This document shows positions 11,435 to 22,103 of a DNA stretch of 64,000 nt, piece by piece. Location: positions 1,888,001 through 1,952,000 of the forward strand of contig CBDHHL010000056.1 in the NCBI GenBank assembly GCA_965263355.1. Direction: 5' to 3'. Positions within the stretch are counted from its first letter, which is position 1, and every line of letters begins with the position of its first letter. A program made the translations under genes and the position numbers. The stretch is from Leptolyngbyaceae cyanobacterium. GTDB lineage: Bacteria > Cyanobacteriota > Cyanobacteriia > Phormidesmidales > Phormidesmidaceae. The notes under the pieces are model-generated. The model saw nothing but the letters and a program-made list of their open reading frames with translations, searched no databases and was not told the origin of the DNA.

Positions 11435-12196
11435 TTAAAATACACGAAGGCTGGCCATTAAATTTGGCTCCTTTAAAGAATGAAGTAGCAACGACGCAAC
11501 TACATTTTCAGGCCAAATGCGTATTTTATCTTCGCTACCTAGGCATCTAAGTGAGTTATCAAAATCATGGGAATTGCCATGGGCAATATTACTTCTAAAT
11601 TGGTAGAGTCTTTCAATAATCGTTTCAATTTTACAGCTTGAATCACTCGTTAAATCACTTCGAAGATCTAGCTTAGGTTGGCATCTATTAGAAAGCAGCT
11701 TAAGCTTTTTCTTAATCTGCCAAACTATAGAAGCACTTTCTTTATTTTTAACTTCTTCTGCAGAAGTTAGTAAACATTCAATAATTGCAAACTGCCCTAG
11801 GATATCAAGTTCAGAAATATTAGGAACCTATTGCAATTGGGGTACCAACTTAAAGCGGGAAATTTTACCAAGGATAGATGTCAGAAGTCAGGAGCCAGAA
11901 GCCATATCCCTTCTCCATTCTGGCTCCTGGATTCTAGATTCCTAGTTAACCAGAATTTCCCGGCTTGAGTGGATACCCTGCAATTGCTCCCATAGCTTAA
12001 AGCCCCTATCAATAAAGTCATACTTCTCAAAAGTACAATTCTTAATCAGAGTAAGATTTTCTCGAATAAGATTTACGTTTACGTTGGTAATATTTGAGCC
12101 TCTATTTCTTAATCTCCATCCATAATCACTGAATTTAATGAGGTGTGCGCTTGAGAATAAACAGCTTGTCAGCAATTCTAATCTAATGCACCTCAT
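11435..12196 (-). pseudogene. HEPN-domain (ApeA-like) RNase pseudogene
   Basis: Reassembled reading ...RGFKLWEQLQ*VPNISELDILGQFAIIECLLT...IKKKL/KLLSNR...IERLYQFRSNIAHG...KEPNLMASLRVF*. RxxxxH motif at 11579-11596. Disrupted by a MITE, a TAG stop and a frameshift near 11700. AT-rich. Confidence 0.7.
11840..11978. mobile_element. MITE (139 bp) with 25-bp imperfect TIRs and 8-bp TSD
   Basis: Left end GGGTACCAACTTAAAGCGGGAAATT vs reverse complement of right end GGGTATCCACTCAAGCCGGGAAATT (20/25 match). TGCAATTG on both flanks (11832-11839, 11979-11986). Confidence 0.8.
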
Positions 12197-12274
12197 TTGA
12201 GTAGAAACTGCTTGCTATGACTCTAAGTAAAAATGTAGCAAGGGTGATTGAAATAACTTAATTAATTTGAATTT

Positions 12275-12907
12275 TTAGGAGGCGATCGCAACTCCGCCCT
12301 CAGCAATGATTTGACCTAACCGCCGCAAAATCTTGAGCACATCATAAAGCTCATTTTGCTGCCGTTCCAAAGTTAACTTGTCTGACAAGCTATAACCACA
12401 TTGCTTAAGTTTGACGAATTGAAAATCATTGCCATTCGTCAAAAACCCAAATATTGGTTGACTAGGGCTGTTCACCATGTAGGTCAAAGCCTGAGGCAAC
12501 GCCGCACTTAAGCTCAACTGTTTTCGTTTAGTCTCAATTACCGCTACCCAAAGCTGTTGCTGCAGCACTAAAACATCTAAACGACCTTTAACGATTTCGT
12601 CCGTATCATTCACTGCTAGCTCAATTTGCACCTCGGCCTTTGGATAGAATGGCTGCCGAAAAAATCCGGCTAACGACATCAATGGCGCAAGCACAGTCAG
12701 TTTGACGATTTCCTCGTGTAGTGGGTACTCCTCCAACCCAAGAAAATCCGACTTCACTCGATCCAGCCATTCCTGCTCAGCTTCTCGCAGCTCAGGTAGA
12801 TCCCGTTTCCATTCATGGAAAAAATTAGGTTCGATTACAAGCTGCAATCCGAAGCGTGTTTTGACATCGTGAAGTGTCAACTGATGCGCTTGTAATACAG
12901 TAGCCAT
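12275..12907 (-). CDS. restriction-endonuclease-like protein (HsdR N-terminal-like, PD-(D/E)xK)
   Basis: GRLDVLV...VIETK, ALPQALTYM, GFLTNGNDFQF. Confidence 0.8.
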   Translation of the reverse strand: MATVLQAHQLTLHDVKTRFGLQLVIEPNFFHEWKRDLPELREAEQEWLDRVKSDFLGLEEYPLHEEIVKLTVLAPLMSLAGFFRQPFYPKAEVQIELAVNDTDEIVKGRLDVLVLQQQLWVAVIETKRKQLSLSAALPQALTYMVNSPSQPIFGFLTNGNDFQFVKLKQCGYSLSDKLTLERQQNELYDVLKILRRLGQIIAEGGVAIAS

Positions 12908-12981
12908 AATGATTAAGCGCACTATCCTGACATCAGAATAGTGTTTCTATGGTAATGCAGTTCACTATTTAGCCGCCAAGC

Positions 12982-13536
12982 TTATTGTTTCATCGGTACA
13001 GTTACTCGTTTACGTAAGGATTGTGCCCGGCGTTTGGCTGTTGCATTGTCTGGCTCAATTTTGAGTGCCTGATCGTAACTTTCTAGTGCTTGGACAGTCA
13101 GCTGTTTTTTCTCATAGCTGTGACCCAAGTTATTGAGAGCAGTTACATAGCCTGGAGCGATTTTCAATGCGGATTTGTACTGACGAATTGCCAGGTCAAA
13201 TTGCCCCTGAGCAAAGTAGGAATAACCTAGAGCGTTATAAATCAATGGGCCATTCTCAGCCTCTTCCTCATCGGTCAAGGCCTTTAGAGCTTGCTGTAAA
13301 TAAAGGACAGCTTGGGAGAAAAGCTTTTTATCGAGTAGCAGGCTACCTAGCTCATAATACTCTTGGGCAGTTCCTTTTTCTTTAGTTAGCTTCTTCTGCA
13401 GACGGCCCAGAGTCGTCTCAATGCGGCGAGTCTTAAATACCTGGCGAATGATAAAAAAGGCAGTAATCCCTAGCAAGGCGATGAGGATGCCCAGGTATGT
13501 CAAAAATAGGGTGCTATTTTCCATGAACTCGCTCAA
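12982..13536 (-). CDS. ycf37: TPR protein Ycf37 (PSI assembly)
   Basis: N-terminal TM plus three TPRs (YYELG, YNALGY, LNNLG). Located near rplT as in other cyanobacteria. Confidence 0.8.
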   Translation of the reverse strand: MSEFMENSTLFLTYLGILIALLGITAFFIIRQVFKTRRIETTLGRLQKKLTKEKGTAQEYYELGSLLLDKKLFSQAVLYLQQALKALTDEEEAENGPLIYNALGYSYFAQGQFDLAIRQYKSALKIAPGYVTALNNLGHSYEKKQLTVQALESYDQALKIEPDNATAKRRAQSLRKRVTVPMKQ

Positions 13537-13583
13537 TCAGTGAATGCGTACGGCAGTGGTCTACATTTATTCTCCCATGGTAG

Positions 13584-14366
13584 CTACCGTAACCCCCAAT
13601 AAGCAGCTCGATCTTGTAACCAACCTTCGTTATCCCACTGACGGAGGGCATGATTAATCGCCCGACGTAAATCACTGTATTGAGTCCCTTTTGGAATAGC
13701 TATCGCAACCGGTTCTACAGAAATCACTGCATCTAACAATCGGTAACGATTGTCCTGCTGCTGCCACCCAGTCAACAACGATACATCACCCGCAAACGCA
13801 TCTGCCTGATCGGTATTTAAAGCAGTAATCGCCTCCTGATAGGAGGACACTGTCAATAAACTTGCCTCAGGCAGTTGATAACGTACATGGGCCAGGGTAC
13901 TGGAATCGGCCAAGACTGCAATGCGACCCAGGGTAAGGTCATCTAGGGTTTGACTCTGGGCTGCTATGGTAATAAATCCAGTGCCATCTAAGTAATAAGG
14001 GTCACTAAAGCTAGCAATGCGTTGACGCTGAGAGGTAACGGTGATGGCTGCGATCGCAATATCCACCTCCCCATCAACCACCACGTTTATCCGATCCACA
14101 TTCTTCACTGGGCGAAATTCTATAGCGGTCTCATCCCCAAGTAAATCGTGGGCGAGTCGACGAGCAATATCAATTTCAAACCCATGGAGTTTGCCAACAG
14201 CATCGCGATAGCCCAACGGAAAACGATTATCCTTAACCGCCACAATCAATCGACCGCGAGCCTCAATTTCTGCTAATTCAGCAGATACAACAACTGAGGG
14301 TACAGCCACCTGCACCCCCAAGAATAAACCTATGCCTAACAGATTGTGCCAAAGACATCGCCTCAT
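13584..14366 (-). CDS. amino-acid ABC transporter substrate-binding protein (family 3)
   Basis: Signal peptide, RGRLIVAV, GFEIDIA, VDIAIA, FSDPYY. Confidence 0.88.
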   Translation of the reverse strand: MRRCLWHNLLGIGLFLGVQVAVPSVVVSAELAEIEARGRLIVAVKDNRFPLGYRDAVGKLHGFEIDIARRLAHDLLGDETAIEFRPVKNVDRINVVVDGEVDIAIAAITVTSQRQRIASFSDPYYLDGTGFITIAAQSQTLDDLTLGRIAVLADSSTLAHVRYQLPEASLLTVSSYQEAITALNTDQADAFAGDVSLLTGWQQQDNRYRLLDAVISVEPVAIAIPKGTQYSDLRRAINHALRQWDNEGWLQDRAAYWGLR

Positions 14367-14375
14367 GGGGCGATA

Positions 14376-14729
14376 TTAGCCTTTCTTGCCAGCTAGCTCA
14401 ACTACTTTAGTAAACGTATCTGGATCTAAAACCGCCATTTGAGCCAACATTTTACGGTTAATCTCAATATTTGCAGTTTTTAGGTCACCAATCAAACGGC
14501 TGTAGGTAGTGCCATTAAGACGGGCAGCTGCATTAATACGAGTGATCCACAACCGACGAAAATCGCGCTTCTTATTACGACGATCACGGTAAGCATACCG
14601 CAAGGCTTTCATTACCTGCTGGTTTGCAGTTCGGAAGAGTTTAGAATGGGCTCCCCGATAACCCTTCGCAAGCTTGAGAATTTTCTTACGGCGCTTGCGA
14701 GCTACATTGCCGCGTTTTACACGTGCCAT
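14376..14729 (-). CDS. rplT: 50S ribosomal protein L20
   Basis: MARVKRG...AKGYRG...[12 protein letters not shown]. Confidence 0.99.
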   Translation of the reverse strand: MARVKRGNVARKRRKKILKLAKGYRGAHSKLFRTANQQVMKALRYAYRDRRNKKRDFRRLWITRINAAARLNGTTYSRLIGDLKTANIEINRKMLAQMAVLDPDTFTKVVELAGKKG

Positions 14730-14789
14730 ATCAGGTCGTTAATAGCTAAAAAACAATTGAATGGTTGCAAGAGCATTGCCTGCAACGCC

Positions 14790-14987
14790 TTACAAATAGG
14801 GCATCATCCCTTCAATGTTGGGGATATCAGGATCGACCACAACAGCCTTTTTGGACAAACGGCTCTTGCGGCAACTTGACTTGTGCTGCAGCAAATGGTT
14901 CTTAAACGCCTTGCGACGCATAATTTTACCGCTTCCACTACGGCGGAAACGCTTGGCCGCAGCCCGACGGGTCTTAAGCTTAGGCAT
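14790..14987 (-). CDS. rpmI: 50S ribosomal protein L35
   Basis: [14 protein letters not shown], directly upstream of rplT. Confidence 0.98.
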   Translation of the reverse strand: MPKLKTRRAAAKRFRRSGSGKIMRRKAFKNHLLQHKSSCRKSRLSKKAVVVDPDIPNIEGMMPYL

Positions 14988-15143
14988 GGTTTTGCGTTTT
15001 ATAAACGTTTTACACGGTCTACCAGTCTACTACGTCTACAAGCCATGCTTCAAGAGTTCAGCTAAAATCATCCGAATAAGCAGCCATGTCTGTAAAAAAC
15101 GAATTAGGGTAGACGCAATCGCAATATAGATAAGGACACTGCC

Positions 15144-15692
15144 ATGCGGCTAATTATTTTAGGAGGCCCAGGGTCGGGGAAAGGGACTCAATCTAAAAAA
15201 CTCAGCGATCATTTTGGTATTCCCTCGATTTCTACTGGTGATGTACTGAGGGCAGAAATCGCCGCTGACTCCAAACTGGGCCAAGAGGTGTCAGAAACCC
15301 TGGCAAAAGGTGAACTCGTTTCCGACACGTTGATGATCAATTTTATTAAAGAGCGTCTGCAACAGCCCGATGCAACCCATGGTTGGATTCTAGATGGCTA
15401 TCCTCGCACGGCTTTTCAAGCTGAAGAACTAGACTTTTTTCTAGAGGCTTTGAATACTCGCGTCAATTATGCAGTTTGGATTGAATTACCGACTCATATC
15501 CTAATTGAACGTTCTGAGCATCGAGCAGCCATAGATGACAATCCTGATGCCCTACGCCGCCGAATTGAAACCTTGGCTGAAATAACCATTCCTATGCTCG
15601 AATATTATGACTATAGGCAAAGACTATTACGTATTGATGGCAATCAACCGCCTGATGATGTCAAACGAGACATTTTGGCAGGGATTGGCTAA
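15144..15692 (+). CDS. adenylate kinase family protein (short LID, likely a paralog)
   Basis: GGPGSGKGTQ, ISTGDVLR, GELVSD, WILDGYPR. Confidence 0.9.
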   Translation: MRLIILGGPGSGKGTQSKKLSDHFGIPSISTGDVLRAEIAADSKLGQEVSETLAKGELVSDTLMINFIKERLQQPDATHGWILDGYPRTAFQAEELDFFLEALNTRVNYAVWIELPTHILIERSEHRAAIDDNPDALRRRIETLAEITIPMLEYYDYRQRLLRIDGNQPPDDVKRDILAGIG

Positions 15693-15773
15693 TGCAGTGG
15701 ATCGATTCTTTACTATTGTCTGCCCCCAACCTCTGGCACAATAGCTCTGATCGATTTCGTCTGAGAAAGACCT

Positions 15774-16523
15774 ATGACTCTCCACCCGAACCTTCATGCT
15801 GCCTTTTCTCAAGGACATGCACTTAAAATTATTAGTGGCTTGACTAACTTTGATGCAGCAAACGTTTTGGCTGTGGCCAAGGCTGCTCAGCAAGGAGGTG
15901 CCACATTTATTGATATCGCAGCAGATGCTGAGCTTGTACGGCAGGTCAGTGAGCACATCAACTTACCCATATGTGTTTCAGCTATTGACCCTCAGGCGTT
16001 TCTCGCCCCCGTTGCAGCTGGTGCTACTCTGATCGAAATTGGCAACTTTGATGCGTTCTATACCCAAGGTTTAAACTTTAGTGCTAGTGACGTGTTGACA
16101 TTAACTCAACAGACCCGTGAGCTTTTGCCCTACATCACGCTATCGGTGACAGTGCCCCACACATTGCCCATAGACGAACAGATACATCTGGCTGAAACCC
16201 TTGTAGTTATGGGAGCGGATATTATTCAAACCGAAGGGGGGACCAGTAGCCAACCCACCCATCCTGGTCATATTGGATTAATTGAAAAAGCAACACCTAC
16301 CTTGGCTGCAGCCCATGCTATTTCTCGGGCTGTGAGCATTCCTGTGCTTTGTGCATCAGGCATTTCTAATGTAACAGCCCCCATGGCAATTGCAGCCGGT
16401 GCTGCTGGTGTGGGCGTGGGCTCTGCTGTAAATAAGCTCAATAACGAAATTGCTATGATTGCAGCCGTTCGTAGTCTACGGGAAGCATTACATTCGGTGA
16501 CTCGTTCAATAGAAAGAGTATAA
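15774..16523 (+). CDS. ycf23: Ycf23/DUF561 TIM-barrel protein
   Basis: LKIISGLTNFD, GATFIDIAAD, IEIGNFD, IQTEGG. Confidence 0.85.
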   Translation: MTLHPNLHAAFSQGHALKIISGLTNFDAANVLAVAKAAQQGGATFIDIAADAELVRQVSEHINLPICVSAIDPQAFLAPVAAGATLIEIGNFDAFYTQGLNFSASDVLTLTQQTRELLPYITLSVTVPHTLPIDEQIHLAETLVVMGADIIQTEGGTSSQPTHPGHIGLIEKATPTLAAAHAISRAVSIPVLCASGISNVTAPMAIAAGAAGVGVGSAVNKLNNEIAMIAAVRSLREALHSVTRSIERV

Positions 16524-16529
16524 ACCTGG

Positions 16530-16574
16530 CTATTCAGAACAAGAGAGACAGGCAAACTTTCTTGTTCTGAATAG
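16530..16574. terminator. 15-bp inverted repeat after ycf23
   Basis: CTATTCAGAACAAGA ... TCTTGTTCTGAATAG, 6 bp after the stop. No U-tract. Confidence 0.5.
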
Positions 16575-16635
16575 GATGATCGCTTCAGACTAGGGATGCT
16601 ACGAGCCTTTTGCTCACTACTACGCCATAAAAATC

Positions 16636-17067
16636 ATGGGAAAACTACATATTCGCCCTATTTCCCTTGGATTAATCCAGCATCAAGGCCATATTTTTGT
16701 TAGTAAAGGTCACGACATCGTTAAAGATAAAACGTTTTACCGTTTTCTAGGGGGTGGCATTGACTTTGGCGAAACGGGCCTCAATGCCCTTAAACGAGAA
16801 TTTCGAGAAGAAATCCAAGCAGATCTCACTAATATTGAATACGTTACTTGCTTGGAAAATATATTTATCTGTAATGGCAAACCTGGCCATGAACTAATCC
16901 AGTTGTTTCGTTGCGATTTTGTAGATCCAGATTTTTATCGGTTGGACCATATCTATCCATTGGTAGAAGGCAAGAAAACCCACGATGCTATCTGGATATC
17001 GATAGAGCAAGTACGTTCAGGTGTACTCACTTTAGTGCCTGAGAATTGCCATCCTTACATTGATTAA
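16636..17067 (+). CDS. NUDIX hydrolase
   Basis: GGGIDFGETGLNALKREFREE Nudix box. Confidence 0.9.
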   Translation: MGKLHIRPISLGLIQHQGHIFVSKGHDIVKDKTFYRFLGGGIDFGETGLNALKREFREEIQADLTNIEYVTCLENIFICNGKPGHELIQLFRCDFVDPDFYRLDHIYPLVEGKKTHDAIWISIEQVRSGVLTLVPENCHPYID

Positions 17068-17078
17068 GCTATTACGCA

Positions 17079-17924
17079 TTACATGGCCCGCCGTAGCATG
17101 GTTACGATTGCACGGTTTCCCTGGGACTGGGCCAAACTTAATGCACTCACACCTCGCTGACTGACCTGGGGGTTTGCTCCATAGTTCAATAACAATCTGA
17201 CCAAATCTGCATTACCGACTTCCACCGCACGATACAACGGTGTCGCTTGATCAGGATTAGCATCACCTTCCAACAATAATCGAGCAATAGCTAAATTTCC
17301 TGTTTCCACAGCCTTGTACAAAGGGGTAATGCCAGCAACCTGAGCATTGGCGTTTGCACCACCTTGGAGCAATAGTCTAACGATCTCAATGTTGCCTATT
17401 TCAGTCGCACGGTAAAGCAAGGGCACACCATAGTTAGTGCGGCGATCAGGCGAAGCTCCAGCGTTGATCAAAATTCGCACAAGCTCTAGATTACCCATGT
17501 CAACGGCTCTGCCCAAAGGGGTTTGCCCGCCAGCACTAACGACATCTACGTCAGCCCCATTAGCGACTAAGAGTTGAACCATGGCTTGATTACCATGCTC
17601 GGTTGCGATCGCAATTGGATAGCCTAAATAGCGATTCCCAGCATCCACATTAGCCCCTTGGCTTAGGAATCGTTCAGCTTGCTGTATATGCCCCCTGCGG
17701 ACAGCCTCAAGCAGTTGCTGGTCAACGGATGGCAGCCCAGCATGCAGAGACTCACTCTGTGCGGCAGACTCAGATAGAACCGACGTAATATGCTCTAATT
17801 GCGTTTGGACAAGTTTAGGATTAAGTACACCTATGGCTAGTAGAGCACTAGCCAATTGCAAGATAGACGTGCTTTTCACCATGGATTCGAACGGCAACGT
17901 ACTTACACAGTCCATAAATGCCAT
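17079..17924 (-). CDS. ankyrin-repeat protein
   Basis: About six TPLxxAVxxGNxxxVRLLLxxGA repeats. Confidence 0.92.
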   Translation of the reverse strand: MAFMDCVSTLPFESMVKSTSILQLASALLAIGVLNPKLVQTQLEHITSVLSESAAQSESLHAGLPSVDQQLLEAVRRGHIQQAERFLSQGANVDAGNRYLGYPIAIATEHGNQAMVQLLVANGADVDVVSAGGQTPLGRAVDMGNLELVRILINAGASPDRRTNYGVPLLYRATEIGNIEIVRLLLQGGANANAQVAGITPLYKAVETGNLAIARLLLEGDANPDQATPLYRAVEVGNADLVRLLLNYGANPQVSQRGVSALSLAQSQGNRAIVTMLRRAM

Positions 17925-17993
17925 TCTAAAGTTTCCATTGATGAAAAAAGGTGACTAACCTTCATCCTCTCCTTATCGATATAAGAATATCAG

Positions 17994-18035
17994 TCAAAAA
18001 TAGGAGAGGCCTCTAAAAACCTCTCCTATTTTTGA
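17994..18035 (-). terminator. intrinsic terminator downstream of prs
   Basis: 16-bp inverted repeat TCAAAAATAGGAGAGG / CCTCTCCTATTTTTGA. Confidence 0.7.
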
Positions 18036-18071
18036 ACTAATACCATTAGTTTTAGAGCTGTTTGCTAAATC

Positions 18072-19064
18072 TTAGCGAAACATGCTACTCACAGAACTTT
18101 CCTCATGAATACGCCAGATAGTTTCCCCTAGCAAGTTAGCAATTGTTAAAGTGGTCAACTGTGAAAACCGACGCTCAGGTGAAACAGGGATTGTATTCGT
18201 TACAATTACCTCTTCAAACAATCCACTGGATAGTCGCTCTATAGCCGGGGGAGAAAAGACTGCATGGGTAGCACAAGCATAGACTTGACGGGCACCTTGG
18301 GCCCGCAACAGCCTTGCTCCTTCAGTAATCGTCCCGCCAGTATCGATCATATCGTCTACCAACACGGCAGTTTTACCCTCGACATCGCCAATCAAATTCA
18401 TGACTTCAGCGACATTATGGGCCTGACGACGTTTGTCAATAATAGCCAAGGGAGCATCATTCAGACGCTTGGCAATGGCCCGTGCTCGCGCGACCCCTCC
18501 CACATCAGGTGACACCACCACTAAATCACTGAGACATTTGCTAGCGAGGTAATCGACTAACACTGGAGCCCCGTAGATGTGGTCACAGGGAATATCAAAA
18601 TACCCTTGAATCTGAGAGGAATGTAAGTCCATTGCCAGTACGCGATTAGCGCCTGCTTTAGTAATCAAGTTGGCTACTAACTTAGCGGTAATCGATTCAC
18701 GTCCAGCGGTTTTACGATCAGCACGAGCGTACCCATAGTAAGGAATTACCGCTGTAATCTGACGCGCAGATGCCCGCCGACAGGCATCAATCATGATGAG
18801 TAATTCCATCAAATGATCATTTACAGGTCGACAGGTAGGCTGAATCAAATAGACATCACATCCACGGATTGACTCTTGAATCTGAACATACAGTTCACCA
18901 TCGGCAAACTGTTTACGAACCATAGGACCTAAATCAATTCCAAGGTAACGAGCCACCTCTCTAGAAAGGGCTGGATTCGATGAGCCTGAAAATAACTTTA
19001 GGCGACTATTGTCTTCTAAACTGGGTAAGGTGGGTTTAGCAGGCAGTGTTGCAGAGCTGATCAC
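18072..19064 (-). CDS. prs: ribose-phosphate pyrophosphokinase
   Basis: FADGE, PYYGYARADRK, DLHSSQIQGYF, VSPDVGG, VDDMIDTGGT. Confidence 0.98.
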   Translation of the reverse strand: MISSATLPAKPTLPSLEDNSRLKLFSGSSNPALSREVARYLGIDLGPMVRKQFADGELYVQIQESIRGCDVYLIQPTCRPVNDHLMELLIMIDACRRASARQITAVIPYYGYARADRKTAGRESITAKLVANLITKAGANRVLAMDLHSSQIQGYFDIPCDHIYGAPVLVDYLASKCLSDLVVVSPDVGGVARARAIAKRLNDAPLAIIDKRRQAHNVAEVMNLIGDVEGKTAVLVDDMIDTGGTITEGARLLRAQGARQVYACATHAVFSPPAIERLSSGLFEEVIVTNTIPVSPERRFSQLTTLTIANLLGETIWRIHEESSVSSMFR

Positions 19065-19650
19065 GGCAGGCCCTCAAAGCATACTTAGCGAGTTCATGCA
19101 AATCGTAACATCGGTCTCAGGAAATTTTTCTCTGATGTTCCTTAAGTGAGATATTTCTTCGAGACACACTAATACTTGACGTTAGGAAACGTATTGAGCC
19201 CTAAATTAAGGACTTCGAAAGGATAGAGAAATTAGGCAGACCATTAGACAGTTTAGGTAATCTAGAAAATTGTTTCTAATGGGAATAATGGTTTGCTAAC
19301 ACGATGCTTTTACGTCCATCCCTTGGAATAAAATAACTAAAATTGAGCAACTATTAGCCTATTTAAGTTATCAACTCATGTCTTGCGACATGAACGTATC
19401 TATTTTTTGTTGAATTAATTAGCTAAATAGTTATCCATTGATTGCTTTTACAAAGCAATCAATGCCGACTTAAAAAATTTTGCACTATTTGATTTGAATA
19501 GCTCTTGTGAAAGTTTAGAACGCTATGAAAGACCAAACTAGCTATCACAAGATACAGATTCAAGGATAAAAAGGATAAATTTGTATTTTAAGATACTTTC
19601 CATATCGTACCATCGTTAAACAGATAAAAATTAGGTGCAGCGTAATTCAG

Positions 19651-19962
19651 TCAGTCTATTAGCCATTCTGATGACCGCCTTCCTAAATCAATGGGAATAC
19701 TGACGGCTTTCCCCAATCTGGGGCGCTCATTAGTTTGTTCAATGGCCATTTTCACCTGAGTTAAGCAGCCCATGGCTTCCAAATAGAACACTATCTCTTT
19801 GAGATGAGCCAAATAGTCTTCCTCGTCCATGGGAAAAGATACCTGTTCTAAATAGCGCCACATCACTTGGAAAAAGACCTTAGTCGACGTCTTACGGAGC
19901 TGTACATCAAATGAGTAACCCCATTTGTTAATCAGTAATTCCTGGAAGTCCTCGGGGGTCAT
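19651..19962 (-). CDS. DUF3067-family protein
   Basis: KWGYSFDVQ, QVMWRYLEQVSFP, RPRLGKAVSI. Divergent from petC. Confidence 0.8.
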   Translation of the reverse strand: MTPEDFQELLINKWGYSFDVQLRKTSTKVFFQVMWRYLEQVSFPMDEEDYLAHLKEIVFYLEAMGCLTQVKMAIEQTNERPRLGKAVSIPIDLGRRSSEWLID

Positions 19963-20364
19963 AAGCCATTAAGTCACTTGTCTTTTACATTTATTTACAC
20001 GATTTCAGATAGCATGCGGATCTGAAAAGTAAATAAGATACAGTTTCTCAAAGCATAATCTCATGACCCTAAAGTCGTAGACTCTTCAATGCTAGTAGTT
20101 GTCTAGCAAGGATTTGAGTCTTTACTAAAGGGTCCGCTCAAAAATCGAAACCGTGTAAATAAATCCTGAATAGCAATGATTGTGAACAGTCAGCCTGATG
20201 AAGAGCAGTTTATCTGAGGCGGCAAAATGTAATAATACTCATAGCAATTTGCAAACTTCTGTGACGATATGGGCTGCAAGTGTAGTTGTGGTTATTAGTT
20301 GCGGAGGGATTGCGCTGGGCGATGCAGCCTTTGGATTCATACTCGCATATATAGTCTGACAGTT

Positions 20365-20907
20365 ATGGCTCAAGCTTCTGGAAACCCTGATGTCCCTGAT
20401 TTAGGGCGTCGCCAATTTATGAATCTGCTCACTTTTGGAGCAGCAACTGGTACGGCTGTGGGCGCTCTTTATCCCATTGTCAAGTACTTTCTACCTCCGA
20501 GCAGTGGCTCTGCAGGTGGTGGCGTTATTGCTAAGGATGAACTAGGCAATGACGTAACAGCTGCCAGCTACTTAGAGACCCACGGTGCTGGTGACCGCTC
20601 TTTGGTTCAAGGATTAAAGGGTGATCCAACCTATCTAGTCGTAACTGACGACGGTACCATTGATAACTACGCTGTTAACGCTGTTTGCACTCACTTGGGT
20701 TGCGTTGTTCCTTGGAATGCTAGCGAGAACAAGTTTAAGTGTCCTTGCCATGGTTCTCAGTATGATGCCACTGGTAAAGTCGTCCGTGGTCCGGCTCCGT
20801 TGTCTTTAGCCTTGGCTAAGGCTGATGTATCTGAAGATGACAAGGTAACTTTGAGCCCTTGGACTGACACTGACTTTAGGACAGGCGATGCTCCTTGGTG
20901 GGCCTAA
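20365..20907 (+). CDS. petC: cytochrome b6f Rieske iron-sulfur subunit
   Basis: Tat RRQF, CTHLGC, CPCHGS, GPAP. Start reassigned to ATG 20365. Confidence 0.98.
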   Translation: MAQASGNPDVPDLGRRQFMNLLTFGAATGTAVGALYPIVKYFLPPSSGSAGGGVIAKDELGNDVTAASYLETHGAGDRSLVQGLKGDPTYLVVTDDGTIDNYAVNAVCTHLGCVVPWNASENKFKCPCHGSQYDATGKVVRGPAPLSLALAKADVSEDDKVTLSPWTDTDFRTGDAPWWA

Positions 20908-20962
20908 GTTGTCTGGTTCATTTAATTTCTCTCTACGTAATTGGATTGCTAGCGTGCGACGG

Positions 20963-21931
20963 ATGAAATTTAACTTTTTTAGCGTCTTTAATCAGCTGCC
21001 AAAGGTCATCATTTCTGGTGCAGTGGTTGCGATCGCAACTCTCAGCCTTGTATTGACCAGCGCCCAGCCAGCAGCTGCTTATCCTTTCTGGGCTCAAGAG
21101 AACTACGAAACTCCTCGTGAGGCCACAGGTCGTATTGTCTGTGCCAACTGCCACCTGGGCCAGAAGAAGACTGAAATTGAGGTACCTCAAGCGGTATTGC
21201 CCGACACTGTTTTCGAAGCAGTTGTTAAAGTTCCCTACGATCTTGATGTTCAGCAAGTTTTGGGTGACGGCAGCAAAGGGGGCTTAAATGTCGGTGCTGT
21301 TTTGATGCTGCCTGATGGCTTTACCCTAGCCCCTGATGATCGTATTCCCGAGGAAATGAAGGAAGAGGTCGGCAGTACTTACTTCATGCCCTACAGCGAA
21401 GAGCATCCAAATTGGCTAATAGTTGGCCCTTTACCTGGGGAACAGTACCAAGAAATTACTTTTCCAATTCTCTCGCCTGATCCAGCAACGGATAAGAATA
21501 TCCACTTTGGCAAATATCAGGTACATGTTGGTGGTAACCGCGGTCGCGGGCAGGTTTACCCCACTGGTCAGGCTACTAATAACGTGGTCTACACGGCTTC
21601 TAAGGGTGGTGTGATTACTGACATTGTCAAGGGCGACTATAGTACTGAGCTGACCATCGAAACCGCTGATGGTAAGTCAGTGACTGAAAGCTTACAGCCT
21701 GGTCCAGAGTTGATTGTTTCTCAAGGCGATGCCGTAGAAGCTGGCGCACCGTTGACTAATGACCCGAACGTTGGTGGTTTTGGTCAACATGATACCGAGA
21801 TTGTTCTGCAGAGTCCTGGTCGGATCAAAGGTCTACTAGCTTTTCTGGCCGCAGCAGCGCTGACTCAAATCATGTTAGTGCTGAAGAAGAAGCAGGTTGA
21901 GACTGTACAGGCCGCCAACATCACTTTCTAA
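20963..21931 (+). CDS. petA: apocytochrome f
   Basis: YPFWAQ mature N-terminus, CANCH heme motif, GGNRGRGQ, C-terminal anchor LKKKQ. Confidence 0.98.
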   Translation: MKFNFFSVFNQLPKVIISGAVVAIATLSLVLTSAQPAAAYPFWAQENYETPREATGRIVCANCHLGQKKTEIEVPQAVLPDTVFEAVVKVPYDLDVQQVLGDGSKGGLNVGAVLMLPDGFTLAPDDRIPEEMKEEVGSTYFMPYSEEHPNWLIVGPLPGEQYQEITFPILSPDPATDKNIHFGKYQVHVGGNRGRGQVYPTGQATNNVVYTASKGGVITDIVKGDYSTELTIETADGKSVTESLQPGPELIVSQGDAVEAGAPLTNDPNVGGFGQHDTEIVLQSPGRIKGLLAFLAAAALTQIMLVLKKKQVETVQAANITF

Positions 21932-21968
21932 GGTCTGTTCAAACTATTAGCTTTAACCGAAAATCGTG

Positions 21969-21999
21969 GGGAAGGTAACATAGCTACCTTCCCTTTTTT
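21969..21999 (+). terminator. intrinsic terminator after petA
   Basis: GGGAAGGTA-loop-TACCTTCCC followed by a T-run. Confidence 0.8.
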
Positions 22000-22103
22000 C
22001 ATGGCTAATGGACAAGTGCTTATCTGCTGGTATTTTCATCGTCCCAAAGCGGCTTACCATAAGAAACGATCAGGTTAGCCGTAGCAGTTACTGGTTTCGT
22101 TTA

